This document shows positions 43,711-52,428 of a stretch of 64,000 nt of DNA, one piece after another (the stretch's first letter is position 1; every line of letters begins with the position of its first letter). The position numbers were made by a program, and so were the translations under genes. The notes beneath the pieces are model-generated. The model worked only from the letters and a program-made list of their open reading frames with translations, ran no database searches and was not told the origin of the DNA. This DNA comes from Anaerolineae bacterium (GTDB lineage: Bacteria > Chloroflexota > Anaerolineae > Anaerolineales > UBA4823): NCBI GenBank assembly GCA_037439525.1, contig JBBIVW010000002.1:331650-395649 (forward strand). Reading direction: 5' to 3'.

Positions 43711-45954
43711 ATGTTTGATGTAACTTTGCTTCCGGTCATGCGGCGCGATGGAAAAGAAACTGCGGATGCGTTCAGCTTTTATCTCGCAGAGGCGCCGCGA
43801 CGTGCCGCGCGTGGACGTAGCGGTGACCGTCTCATCCTTTATTTGTGCCTCAAAGGCAACGCTCCCATACCATTGGAACGGCAGAAGCAGATGCTTGCTC
43901 ACCTTGCTTCAGTTTTTTTCAAGACTCCGGGATCGGTCACCGCGGCATTGCGCACGGTAGCCACCACGCTGAACCAACATCTCCTAGAGCGTAATCAGCA
44001 GATGGCCCGAAGCGGCCAGCAGATCCTGGGCTTGCTTGCCCAGGTGGTATTGCGCGGGGAGCATCTCTACCTGGCTTATTCCGGACCGATCACCACCTTT
44101 TGGAGCTCCCCAGAGGAAAGCCGCATGGTTGAAGACGTGGAGATGCTCGGAAGGGGGTTGGGTCTGGGTCGCCATGCTCCTATCTCGTTCTTGCATTACG
44201 AATTGAAGGCGGGGGGTGCAGTTTTGCTGGCAGCGGAAGCCTCTCCAACCTGGAGCGCCTCGACATTGACCGGCATTCATCAATGGAACGCTGAAGCCCT
44301 GAGGCGGAAGTTGTTTGGCACCCACGCACCAAATTTGAGCGCTTTATTGGTTGTCGCACGGCAAGGAGAGGGAAAATATTTTCTCATGCGTCCAAAGATA
44401 GACGCGTCGCGACCTGCTACAGATGCCCTGGCTTCACAAAGTGAAGCGGGGGAAATTGAGCCACAGCCATCGGCTCAAAAGGAAATTGAAGGGGAAAGCC
44501 TTGATGGCACTGGCAAAGAAGCGCTTGGTCGCGCAAGCGCACCATCCACAGGAGGGGTAATCCCGCCTCCTTCAGTTCCTTTAGGCGCTGAGAGGTTTGC
44601 CACTCCACTCCCGCACACGACTCGACGGAGAAGCTCAACTTCTCGCCTTTCACCGTTTGCGTCTTTCTTCCTGTCTCTGGGCCAGTCGCTTTTTGGAGTT
44701 CTGCGCAAAGTGGGTTTAGGCGTGCTCACAGGGCTCGAGAAGGCTTTCCCGGAATCTGCGCTGGAGCAGATTCCAACCAGGTTGATGATCGCTTTGGCGT
44801 TGATCATCCCAATCCTGGTGGTGACTGCCTCCAGCCTGGCCTATTTTCGCATGGGGCGAAGCGTGCAATATCAGCTCTATCTCGAACAAGCGCAGAAGAT
44901 CGCCGAAGAAGCCGCATTGCAATCCGATCTCAATGTACAGCGCCAGGAATGGCGCACGGTGCTGGACTTGATTCAGCAAGCAGAGACGTATAATGTCACT
45001 CCAGACACACAACACTTGAAAGCACTGGCCAACGGTGTGCTCGATCAACTCGACCTGATCAAGCGAGTAAACTATCAGGAAGCGATTGAGGGCGGATTGC
45101 CACTTTCCGTGCGCGTGCGCGCCATGGTTGCGGCGAAGGAGGAATTGTATCTTTTAGATGAGAGCAGCGGTGTGGTGCTTCGCGCGCGCAAGACTTCGCG
45201 TGGCAGTTATGAAGTCGATACCTCCTTCCGTTGTTCAATGGAGGACGCCGGGGGCATCATCCCTTTGGTGGATATCGCTCCCTGGCCGGCTGGGTATGCA
45301 CCGCACCCTGAGGCTACAATTGTGGCGGTCGATGCTTTGGGCCATTTGCTCTTTTGCCAGCCGGGCAGTTTGCCTATAGCCGAAGATTTACCTCCTCCCA
45401 TGACCGCCGAATGGAGCAGGGTGAACGCTTTATCTCTGGACCTGGGAAATATGTTCCTCTTAGACCCATCCTCAGGGGTGTGGATCTTTTGGGCTAGACA
45501 GTTTGATCAGCCGCCGAAGTTCTTCTTCAGCGGGGAGGTGCCCCCTCTTGAGAATGTTATCGACATGCTGGTCGTTTCCAACGAGCTGTACCTCCTGGAT
45601 ACCGATGGACAGCTCACCCTTTGTGCCTTGAGCCTGGTGGATAGTGCGCCCACACGCTGCACCAAAGGAGTCTATCTGGATAACCGACCCGGCTATGAAA
45701 GCCTCCCCATGGCGATTCAACCAGGCTTTGTGCAAGTGGTTTACGTCCCTCCCCCCGACGCTTCTTTGCTCCTTGTGCAGGCAGAAAGTCATGCCATCTT
45801 TCACTTTAGCTTGCGCAGCCTGGTGTATCAGACGCAATACCTTCCGCTTACCTCGCTTGTTGAATACCCCATTACTGCAGCTTCAGTTGACCCCTCGGCG
45901 CGCTTGATTTTCATCGCGCTAGGGAATCGCATTTACTACGCGGTTTTACCGTGA
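43711..45954 (+). CDS. Large hypothetical membrane protein: PP2C-like (apparently inactive) N-domain, TM, helical region, C-terminal beta-propeller-like repeats
   Basis: 'GDRLILYLCLKG...LLAQVVLRGEHLYLAYSGPITTFW', TM 'LMIALALIIPILVVTASSLAYF', repeats 'ELYLLDESSGVV', 'NMFLLDPSSGVW', 'ELYLLDTDGQLT'. Confidence 0.5.
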   Translation: MFDVTLLPVMRRDGKETADAFSFYLAEAPRRAARGRSGDRLILYLCLKGNAPIPLERQKQMLAHLASVFFKTPGSVTAALRTVATTLNQHLLERNQQMARSGQQILGLLAQVVLRGEHLYLAYSGPITTFWSSPEESRMVEDVEMLGRGLGLGRHAPISFLHYELKAGGAVLLAAEASPTWSASTLTGIHQWNAEALRRKLFGTHAPNLSALLVVARQGEGKYFLMRPKIDASRPATDALASQSEAGEIEPQPSAQKEIEGESLDGTGKEALGRASAPSTGGVIPPPSVPLGAERFATPLPHTTRRRSSTSRLSPFASFFLSLGQSLFGVLRKVGLGVLTGLEKAFPESALEQIPTRLMIALALIIPILVVTASSLAYFRMGRSVQYQLYLEQAQKIAEEAALQSDLNVQRQEWRTVLDLIQQAETYNVTPDTQHLKALANGVLDQLDLIKRVNYQEAIEGGLPLSVRVRAMVAAKEELYLLDESSGVVLRARKTSRGSYEVDTSFRCSMEDAGGIIPLVDIAPWPAGYAPHPEATIVAVDALGHLLFCQPGSLPIAEDLPPPMTAEWSRVNALSLDLGNMFLLDPSSGVWIFWARQFDQPPKFFFSGEVPPLENVIDMLVVSNELYLLDTDGQLTLCALSLVDSAPTRCTKGVYLDNRPGYESLPMAIQPGFVQVVYVPPPDASLLLVQAESHAIFHFSLRSLVYQTQYLPLTSLVEYPITAASVDPSARLIFIALGNRIYYAVLP

Positions 45955-46096
45955 GTGGATAAAGATTCTCCTTAGACGAAAGATAGCTTTCAGACGCTCG
46001 TTTCACTCCCTACCTGAAAAGCAAGGGAGAAATTGACTTTCGCGAGAGATGGACGCGCGTCAGGTTTCCCCTCGCGAATCCATTTTGGAGCGTAGG

Positions 46097-48046
46097 TTAT
46101 GGCTTGGTAGCGCCATCGGTGGGCAGGTGTTCCTGGCGATCTTCCCTTTGGGGAAGGACCACCGGTTTGCGCACGCGCGCGGGATTGCGCATCATAAAGC
46201 GAAAGCCGAGGCGTCCAAAATGCACCAGATCTCCATGCTCCAGGATGGCGCCATTGGAGGATACAGGGGAATAATTGAGCCAGGTGCCCGCGATTGAGCC
46301 CTCATCCGCCAGGCGGTACACCCCCTGCTCGTCGCACTGGATGCGCGCATGAACGGGGGAAATCGAATCGTCTTCCAAGACGATGTGTACCGCGCGCGCA
46401 TCTTTGCCAAAAGTAACCAGAGGGGACGAGATAGGGATAGGAGGAGCACTGGTGAGTTCTTCGCGTTCTGAAAGGCGGTATAGGAAGGCTTGCGCCTTCG
46501 GCGCGGCGATCTGCGTTGACCAAGGCAAACGGTCCACCCAGCTTTTCGCCTGCGCCGTAGGGAGGTCGGTTTCGATGACCACGGGTTGCGTGAGAGGGTC
46601 GCTCTTGCGCCGCCGTTTACGCTGGGCACGCAATGGGCGTGGATGGATCTTACCGCTCAAGATCAAGCTCAGAAGCAAGATGCCCCCAGCGATGACCGCG
46701 ATCAGCACCGAAATAAGAGAGAGGTTTTTGCGAATCAGACTGAGCGGGTCTTGGGTGGGTTGTTCGAAGGTGATGAACACAGGTGTTTCAATGCTGCTCC
46801 CGCTCAATCCGTATGCATCGCGCACTTCAGCTTTGAGGATATAGGCGCCGGAAGAGGTGATGTGCCGAATGTCCCAAATGAATTCCTCGAAGGGTGGGGC
46901 GCGATGCTCATCCACAAGTTGACCGTCGACATACAGGGCGGAGAATTCGATGGGGCGTTTACGCCCATCTGGGAAGTCCACAACGATCTCCAATCGTACC
47001 TCTTCAGGCAGGTATGATTCTGGGGAGATTTTTTGTGCCGATGTGATTTGTGTCTCCGGTGGATAGCGCACGATTTGGATTGGTGGGTTGACAAAGGCTG
47101 GGCTTGGGGGCTGAATATTGATTTCGAAGTTTTGGGCTGCGGTTTCGAGCCTTGTGCCGGCGATTTGAATTTGCGCGTAAATCTGGTGCGCGCCAGCCTG
47201 TCGGATTTGGGAGGCGTATGCCACGAGATACACGTTGCGGAATGGTTCAGCAAGTTCCTCGATGGAGGGCAGTTCTTCTATTCCGCTGAAAGCGTAGAAC
47301 TCTCCCCCGCTTTCCTGAGCGAGACGGGCGAGCTGATCTGCGCCGCGCGTGCCAAAAGCGCCGGGTGAAGCGATCATCCAAACAAAGACGGGCAAGCCAC
47401 GTTGCTTTGCCTGTGTGATCAGGTCATCTAAGACGCGAATCTCGTCCCCCTCTGGAGGTGGGGTGATCCACAGTATCATGCTGCCCATCCCTTGGCGGGG
47501 TGGGGTATCCGAAGCCAGTTCAAGCGCTTGAAAGAGATTGTCCAGGCTGGGTTTGGCATTGCGCATGTCGATGTCGAGGGAGTCTAAAGCTTCCAGCCAG
47601 CGCATGGGGTCGGAGGTATGGCTGATGGTGGGACCATTGGTGACCACCAGACTCAGGTCATCCAACCGTGAGCCACGTCGGCTTTTTGCCCATGTGGAGA
47701 GGGCTTCATCGATCAGGTCGAAGCGAGAAACTGCCTGTGCGCTGCGTACCGCAAATGAAGGTGCAGGGTTGAGGGCAACGACGATTTGCGCTCCAGGGCG
47801 CAACATCGAGATGCTCACCTTAGAGATGATCTGCCCATCTTCGATGATACGGATTTGGTCAGGTTGCACATCCTGGGTGAAATTACCCTCTTCATCCAGT
47901 ACTCTTAAGTAGGTTTTTATGGTGGGAAACGCATCCAGAAGCGGTGGGCTAATCTGTACCTGAGCGGGGCTTTGTGCCTTTGTCGGCACAGGCAGCGTGC
48001 TCAAAAGAACCAGGATGAACAACAAGCGACCCATGCGCGGTCTCAT
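46097..48046 (-). CDS. Transmembrane protein with extracytoplasmic vWA-like domain and cytoplasmic C-terminal FHA domain
   Basis: Signal peptide 'MRPRMGRLLFILVLLSTLPVPTKA', vWA-like 'IVVALN...MILWITPP...VFVWMI', TM 'LISVLIAVIAGGILLLSLIL', FHA 'VTFGKD...ISPVHARI...YRLADEGSIAGTWLN...GDLVHFG'. Confidence 0.8.
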   Translation of the reverse strand: MRPRMGRLLFILVLLSTLPVPTKAQSPAQVQISPPLLDAFPTIKTYLRVLDEEGNFTQDVQPDQIRIIEDGQIISKVSISMLRPGAQIVVALNPAPSFAVRSAQAVSRFDLIDEALSTWAKSRRGSRLDDLSLVVTNGPTISHTSDPMRWLEALDSLDIDMRNAKPSLDNLFQALELASDTPPRQGMGSMILWITPPPEGDEIRVLDDLITQAKQRGLPVFVWMIASPGAFGTRGADQLARLAQESGGEFYAFSGIEELPSIEELAEPFRNVYLVAYASQIRQAGAHQIYAQIQIAGTRLETAAQNFEINIQPPSPAFVNPPIQIVRYPPETQITSAQKISPESYLPEEVRLEIVVDFPDGRKRPIEFSALYVDGQLVDEHRAPPFEEFIWDIRHITSSGAYILKAEVRDAYGLSGSSIETPVFITFEQPTQDPLSLIRKNLSLISVLIAVIAGGILLLSLILSGKIHPRPLRAQRKRRRKSDPLTQPVVIETDLPTAQAKSWVDRLPWSTQIAAPKAQAFLYRLSEREELTSAPPIPISSPLVTFGKDARAVHIVLEDDSISPVHARIQCDEQGVYRLADEGSIAGTWLNYSPVSSNGAILEHGDLVHFGRLGFRFMMRNPARVRKPVVLPQREDRQEHLPTDGATKP

Positions 48047-48235
48047 GGTTTGAATTTTAGCACAGCTCACCCCGTAGAGAATGCGCCGCTCCTGTGTGGG
48101 ATCAGGAACATCGCCCGAATAAGGCGCAAGGATACCTCCTGTAAAGATGCCGACCCCCGTCTGTGCGCGCGTGCACTCTGCACGTGCTTGGGCTGCACGC
48201 GCCGTATTGTCGTTGGCTGGGTTTGCCTTCAGGTT

Positions 48236-49159
48236 CTAAGGCGTTTCTGGAGTGTCTTGAACCGCGGCGCTCAACGTGGGTGTGGCTAACCTCAAATAGG
48301 TCAACGTCCAGGCGGATTCGTAATAGGAGCGCAAAACGCCATTGAGCAATAACCATATCGGAAGGTACACGAGCAAGGAAATGGCGGCGATGATCAACCC
48401 GACACTAAGCGCCTCCTGTGAACCGACCACCGCCCCAGCGATGGCGGGGCCGAGGGCGAAGAATATGGGTAAAGTGATCAAGAAACCCAGGAATATGTTC
48501 ACCCCTAGACTGAGGATTAGACCCATGAGCAGGTAGCTGCCTATGTTCTTCGTCACCAACTCCCAGGCGCGTTGCAACCCTTGGAACACCCCACATGGTT
48601 CGGTGATGATGGCAATGCTCGCCTGTTCGATGAATATGCCACTCGCCCAAAGTACCGGGATGAGGAGGCAGATGAGCGGTATGGCACAAAGCAAGGCAAC
48701 GCCCAATGTGACGATCGAGCTAATCACCAGGTAAAACGCCAGAATCACTGCGACTAGGGCGATTGCCAATCCGAAACCCAAATTGAGCAGAAACACGCGC
48801 CAGAAAAAAGGCAGGCTGTCTTTGAACAAGTCGCCAAACGCCAGGCGCTCAACGCCTCGATCTACCCTTTGGGTGCCCAGAACCACACCGATGCGTCCAA
48901 TGGTGCCGAAAAAGATAGAGACGATTGCCAGGATGAGGATCAACATGAACAGGCTGATTGCCAGTGTAATCAGCATCTCTGGGGGGATGCGCTCGAAAAA
49001 GCGTTCTATATCTGGGGGCAGTTCCCCTCGGTAACTGAACCGTGAGTTGCCTGCATTCATCCCGGCGCCGGAGCAACCCGCAAAAATGCCAAATATCCAC
49101 AAGACTTTATGCTTCCAGATGATCTCCCAGGCTTTGGAAAGAACTTCACCGATTTCCAT
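48236..49159 (-). CDS. Polytopic membrane protein of unknown function
   Basis: At least six hydrophobic helices. ATG 49159 is preceded by AAGGAG 9 nt upstream. Confidence 0.5.
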   Translation of the reverse strand: MEIGEVLSKAWEIIWKHKVLWIFGIFAGCSGAGMNAGNSRFSYRGELPPDIERFFERIPPEMLITLAISLFMLILILAIVSIFFGTIGRIGVVLGTQRVDRGVERLAFGDLFKDSLPFFWRVFLLNLGFGLAIALVAVILAFYLVISSIVTLGVALLCAIPLICLLIPVLWASGIFIEQASIAIITEPCGVFQGLQRAWELVTKNIGSYLLMGLILSLGVNIFLGFLITLPIFFALGPAIAGAVVGSQEALSVGLIIAAISLLVYLPIWLLLNGVLRSYYESAWTLTYLRLATPTLSAAVQDTPETP

Positions 49160-49309
49160 GTTTGTTCGCTCCTTATTAAGAATTATGAGTGGATACGTCA
49201 CCCTCCAACCCCTATTGGTTCGGTGCGTTAGGGGTCCTTTTAGAAAAAATTGAGGGCGGTTGTGGCAAGTGAGATAAACGTTTAGTGCCCATTTGTTAAC
49301 CAGATACGT

Positions 49310-50875
49310 TCACTCCCACTCGATGGTCGCGGGGGGCTTGCTGGTGATGTCATACACCACGCGATTGACCCCTTCCACTTCGTTGACCACACGCCGGGCG
49401 ATGTTCGCCAGCACTTCATACGGCAGGCGCGCCCAGTCGGCAGTCATAAAGTCTTCGGTGGTTACCGCGCGGATGGCAATGACCTCCTGATATGTGCGCT
49501 GATCACCCATTACGCCGACCGAACGCACCGGCAGGAGCACGGCAAACGCCTGAGCGCTACCCCGCACTTCATCTTGGTTCGCGGTCATGTTCAGCAACCC
49601 AGCCTTGTCGAGTTCCTCACGCAGTATGGCATCTGCCTGCCTCAACCTTTGGAGGCGCTCGGATGTGACCTCCCCCAAACAGCGCACCGCCAAGCCAGGA
49701 CCGGGAAAAGGCTGCCTGGCCAGCGCCTCTTCAGGCAGGCCGAGCGCACGCCCTACGGCACGCACCTCGTCTTTGAAGAGCAGGCGCAGTGGTTCGACCA
49801 GCTCGAATTCCATTTTTTCTGGCAGACCGCCGACGTTGTGGTGCGTCTTGATGCGTTGAGAGCTGGCTTGAGCATGAGCGCTGGATTCGATCACGTCGGG
49901 ATAGATGGTGCCCTGTACCAAAAAGCGCGGCGACCCCAGTTGGCGCGCTTGAGCCTCAAAAGTGCGGATAAACAGCTCTCCAATCCTGCGCCGTTTTTCC
50001 TCGGGGAGCGATATCCCTGAAAGGGCTTGCAGAAACTGCTCCGTGGCGTCCACATAGACCAGTTCGATGCCCAATCGGTTGGCGAGCAGGTCTTGCACAT
50101 AGCCGGCTTCCCCCTGTCTTAAAAGGCCGGTATTCACAAATATGGCCGTCAACTGGTCGCCCACGGCTGTTTGCGCGAGCAGAGTGGCAACCGTCGAATC
50201 CACCCCTCCGCTGACCGCAGACAGAACGCGCTCCTCCCCCACTTGTTGGCGGATGCGTGCGAGGCTTTCTTCGATGATCGAGGCTGGCGTCCAATCTGCT
50301 GATGCTCCACAGACCTCGACCACGAAACGGCGCAATACCTCTTTACCAATCGGTGTGTGATGCACTTCGGGATGGAATTGAAGGCCATAAATCCCTCGTG
50401 CTTCGTTGCCAAAAGCAGCTACAGGCGAATTGGCACTCGATGCCAGGATGGTGAAACCAGGGGGAGGCTGAACGATGCGATCCCCGTGAGACATCCACAC
50501 CGTATGGTTGCCAGAGGCAAGGATCGGGTTGGCATGTGTGACCTGGATCTCTGCAGGACCGTATTCGCGCGCTTCGGCCTGCCCCACATCACCCCCCAAA
50601 GCATGGGTTAGGGCTTGCATACCGTAACAGATGCCCAGGATGGGTTTTCCGCTGTTGAGCACATAATGCGGAATTTGCGGCGCACCCTCAGCGTAAATCG
50701 ACGCTGGTCCCCCAGAGAGGATGATCCCTTTGGGCTGTATTTCGTTAAAGCGCGTCTCTGGGAGGTTCCAGGGCACGATTTCGCTATAGACATGCGCCTC
50801 GCGCACGCGCCGGGCGATCAGTTGGGCGTATTGAGAACCGAAATCCAGGATAAGGATCGTATCTTTGTGGCTCAT
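49310..50875 (-). CDS. guaA: GMP synthase (glutamine-hydrolysing)
   Basis: GATase 'ILGICYGMQ', 'LQFHPEV'. ATP-PPase 'SGGVDSTV'. C-terminal 'KPPATIEWE'. Start at '[16 protein letters not shown]'. Confidence 0.95.
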   Translation of the reverse strand: MSHKDTILILDFGSQYAQLIARRVREAHVYSEIVPWNLPETRFNEIQPKGIILSGGPASIYAEGAPQIPHYVLNSGKPILGICYGMQALTHALGGDVGQAEAREYGPAEIQVTHANPILASGNHTVWMSHGDRIVQPPPGFTILASSANSPVAAFGNEARGIYGLQFHPEVHHTPIGKEVLRRFVVEVCGASADWTPASIIEESLARIRQQVGEERVLSAVSGGVDSTVATLLAQTAVGDQLTAIFVNTGLLRQGEAGYVQDLLANRLGIELVYVDATEQFLQALSGISLPEEKRRRIGELFIRTFEAQARQLGSPRFLVQGTIYPDVIESSAHAQASSQRIKTHHNVGGLPEKMEFELVEPLRLLFKDEVRAVGRALGLPEEALARQPFPGPGLAVRCLGEVTSERLQRLRQADAILREELDKAGLLNMTANQDEVRGSAQAFAVLLPVRSVGVMGDQRTYQEVIAIRAVTTEDFMTADWARLPYEVLANIARRVVNEVEGVNRVVYDITSKPPATIEWE

Positions 50876-50910
50876 AATGGGATCAAGAACATGAACGGAA
50901 CGACAACCTT

Positions 50911-51486
50911 TCAATCGTCTGAGAAGGCGATGCGCTCCCCTTCCATTTCAACAATGCATGCCAGGGATTCGATGGGCACACCAAGCGGTTGTAAAGCCTG
51001 GCGACCGCCTTCGAATCGCTTTTCGATCAACGCACCAATGCCCACCACCTGTGCGCCGGCGGTTTGCGTCAGGCGCACCAAGCCGAGGATGGTCGCGCCG
51101 GTGGCCAGGAAGTCGTCGATGATCAACACCCGCTCGCCTCTGCCCAGGTATTCAGGAGAGATGATCAATTCCACCATACGCCCTTTGGTATGGGATGGCG
51201 AAAGGGTCAGGAATACCTGGTCGGGCATGGTGATCGGTTTGTGCTTGCGCGCATACACCACTGGCAAGCCAAGGTGCAAAGCGGTCAGCACGGCCGGCGC
51301 GATGCCAGAGATCTCTGCGGTTAACAATTTGGTTGCCCCGATATGTTGAAAGCGACGTGCGAACTCTCGAGCGCAGGCTTCCATCAAACCTACATCCACC
51401 TGATGATTGATGAATCCATCCACTTTGAGAATGCCATTGCCTAGGTTTCGTCCTTCGCGCATGATGCGCTCTTTTAACACTTGCAT
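50911..51486 (-). CDS. xpt: Xanthine phosphoribosyltransferase
   Basis: '[26 protein letters not shown]', PRPP loop '[13 protein letters not shown]'. Confidence 0.9.
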   Translation of the reverse strand: MQVLKERIMREGRNLGNGILKVDGFINHQVDVGLMEACAREFARRFQHIGATKLLTAEISGIAPAVLTALHLGLPVVYARKHKPITMPDQVFLTLSPSHTKGRMVELIISPEYLGRGERVLIIDDFLATGATILGLVRLTQTAGAQVVGIGALIEKRFEGGRQALQPLGVPIESLACIVEMEGERIAFSDD

Positions 51487-51690
51487 AAGCCCTCCTTTGG
51501 GTCAGTCTTTGGGTTTACTTGCCTGCCTCCATGTGGCATGTTGGATGACCGCATTGAGCCGTGTTTGCCGCGCCGTACTCCTGCTACCTCAATAGGCATG
51601 CCAAAGAGGAACGGTGAGCAAATGGTTGATTTCTGTCTTTCGATGCATCATCCTCTTTGTAGATTTTACCCTGCCTTGAAGGAACGCGTA
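51487..51690 (-). promoter_or_regulatory. Roughly 200-nt untranslated leader of xpt-guaA with alternative-pairing potential (unclassified)
   Basis: Perfect 9-bp helix CAAAGAGGA (51659-51651) / TCCTCTTTG (51610-51602). The 3' arm is also largely complementary to the RBS region CCAAAGGAGG (51500-51491). Confidence 0.3.
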
Positions 51691-51708
51691 TGTTAAAATA
51701 ACTCTTTG

Positions 51709-52428
51709 ATGTTCATTCTGGCTTCAACCTCTTCGCGCCGCATGGAACTGCTCTCTCTAACCGGCTGGAATTTCGAGACATTAGCCGTCGAGGTCGATGA
51801 ATCGCATCTCCCAGGGGAGACGCCGCAGGACTATGTCGCTCGCCTGGCGATGCGAAAGGCGCAGACTGCCCATAAAATGCTGACGCATGAGAACCACACT
51901 CCTCCTGCAACCATCATTGCCGCAGATACGGCCGTAGTGGACTTGGACGAATTTGCAATCGAACAGCGACTTACCTGGGAGCATGCGCTTGCTGAAGGGC
52001 GATATGTCATTTTAGGAAAACCCGCCTGTGAAGAGGAAGCGGTACAAATGTTGCTCCGCTTACGTAACCGCAGCCATCGCGTCTATTCCGCGGTTGCGGT
52101 GGTGGACGAGGCGCGGGATGTGAGGCGATGCGAGGTATGTATCTCGGAGGTGACCATGCGCGGCTACAGTGATAGGGAGCTGTACGCCTATGTCGCCAGC
52201 GGTGACCCGCTGGATAAAGCCGGAGGTTATGCCCTTCAGCATCCTGGCTTCCACCCTGTTAAACAAGTGATCGGGTGTTATGCCAATGTCGTTGGTTTGC
52301 CACTTTGTATGCTCGCCCGTATGGTTTCCCCATTTCAAACCACACTATTGGATCGGCTTGTGCTTCGATGCCAGGAAAGGTTCGACCAACCCTGTCAGGT
52401 TTACCAGACATGGCTTGGCGCGCGATGA
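51709..52428 (+). CDS. maf: Maf-like nucleoside triphosphate pyrophosphatase
   Basis: 'ILASTSSRRMELL', 'ADTAVV', 'ILGKP..EEEA..ML', 'DKAGGYALQ'. Confidence 0.85.
   Translation: MFILASTSSRRMELLSLTGWNFETLAVEVDESHLPGETPQDYVARLAMRKAQTAHKMLTHENHTPPATIIAADTAVVDLDEFAIEQRLTWEHALAEGRYVILGKPACEEEAVQMLLRLRNRSHRVYSAVAVVDEARDVRRCEVCISEVTMRGYSDRELYAYVASGDPLDKAGGYALQHPGFHPVKQVIGCYANVVGLPLCMLARMVSPFQTTLLDRLVLRCQERFDQPCQVYQTWLGAR

Noticed and set aside
43540-43902. 121-codon N-terminal extension of the GNAT/FemAB-like ORF
   Set aside because: The family-typical N-terminus (MQFEVIRTIDAF...) starts at ATG 43539, which has an AAGGAG RBS. The extension is low-complexity and would overlap the divergent 747-aa gene start at 43711.
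51487-51700. Canonical guanine/adenine riboswitch upstream of xpt
   Set aside because: I looked on the minus strand for the three-way junction signatures (UAUAAU…GGAUAUGG…UUUCUACC…CCGUAAA…CGACUA) and found none. The leader is therefore reported only as an unclassified structured region.
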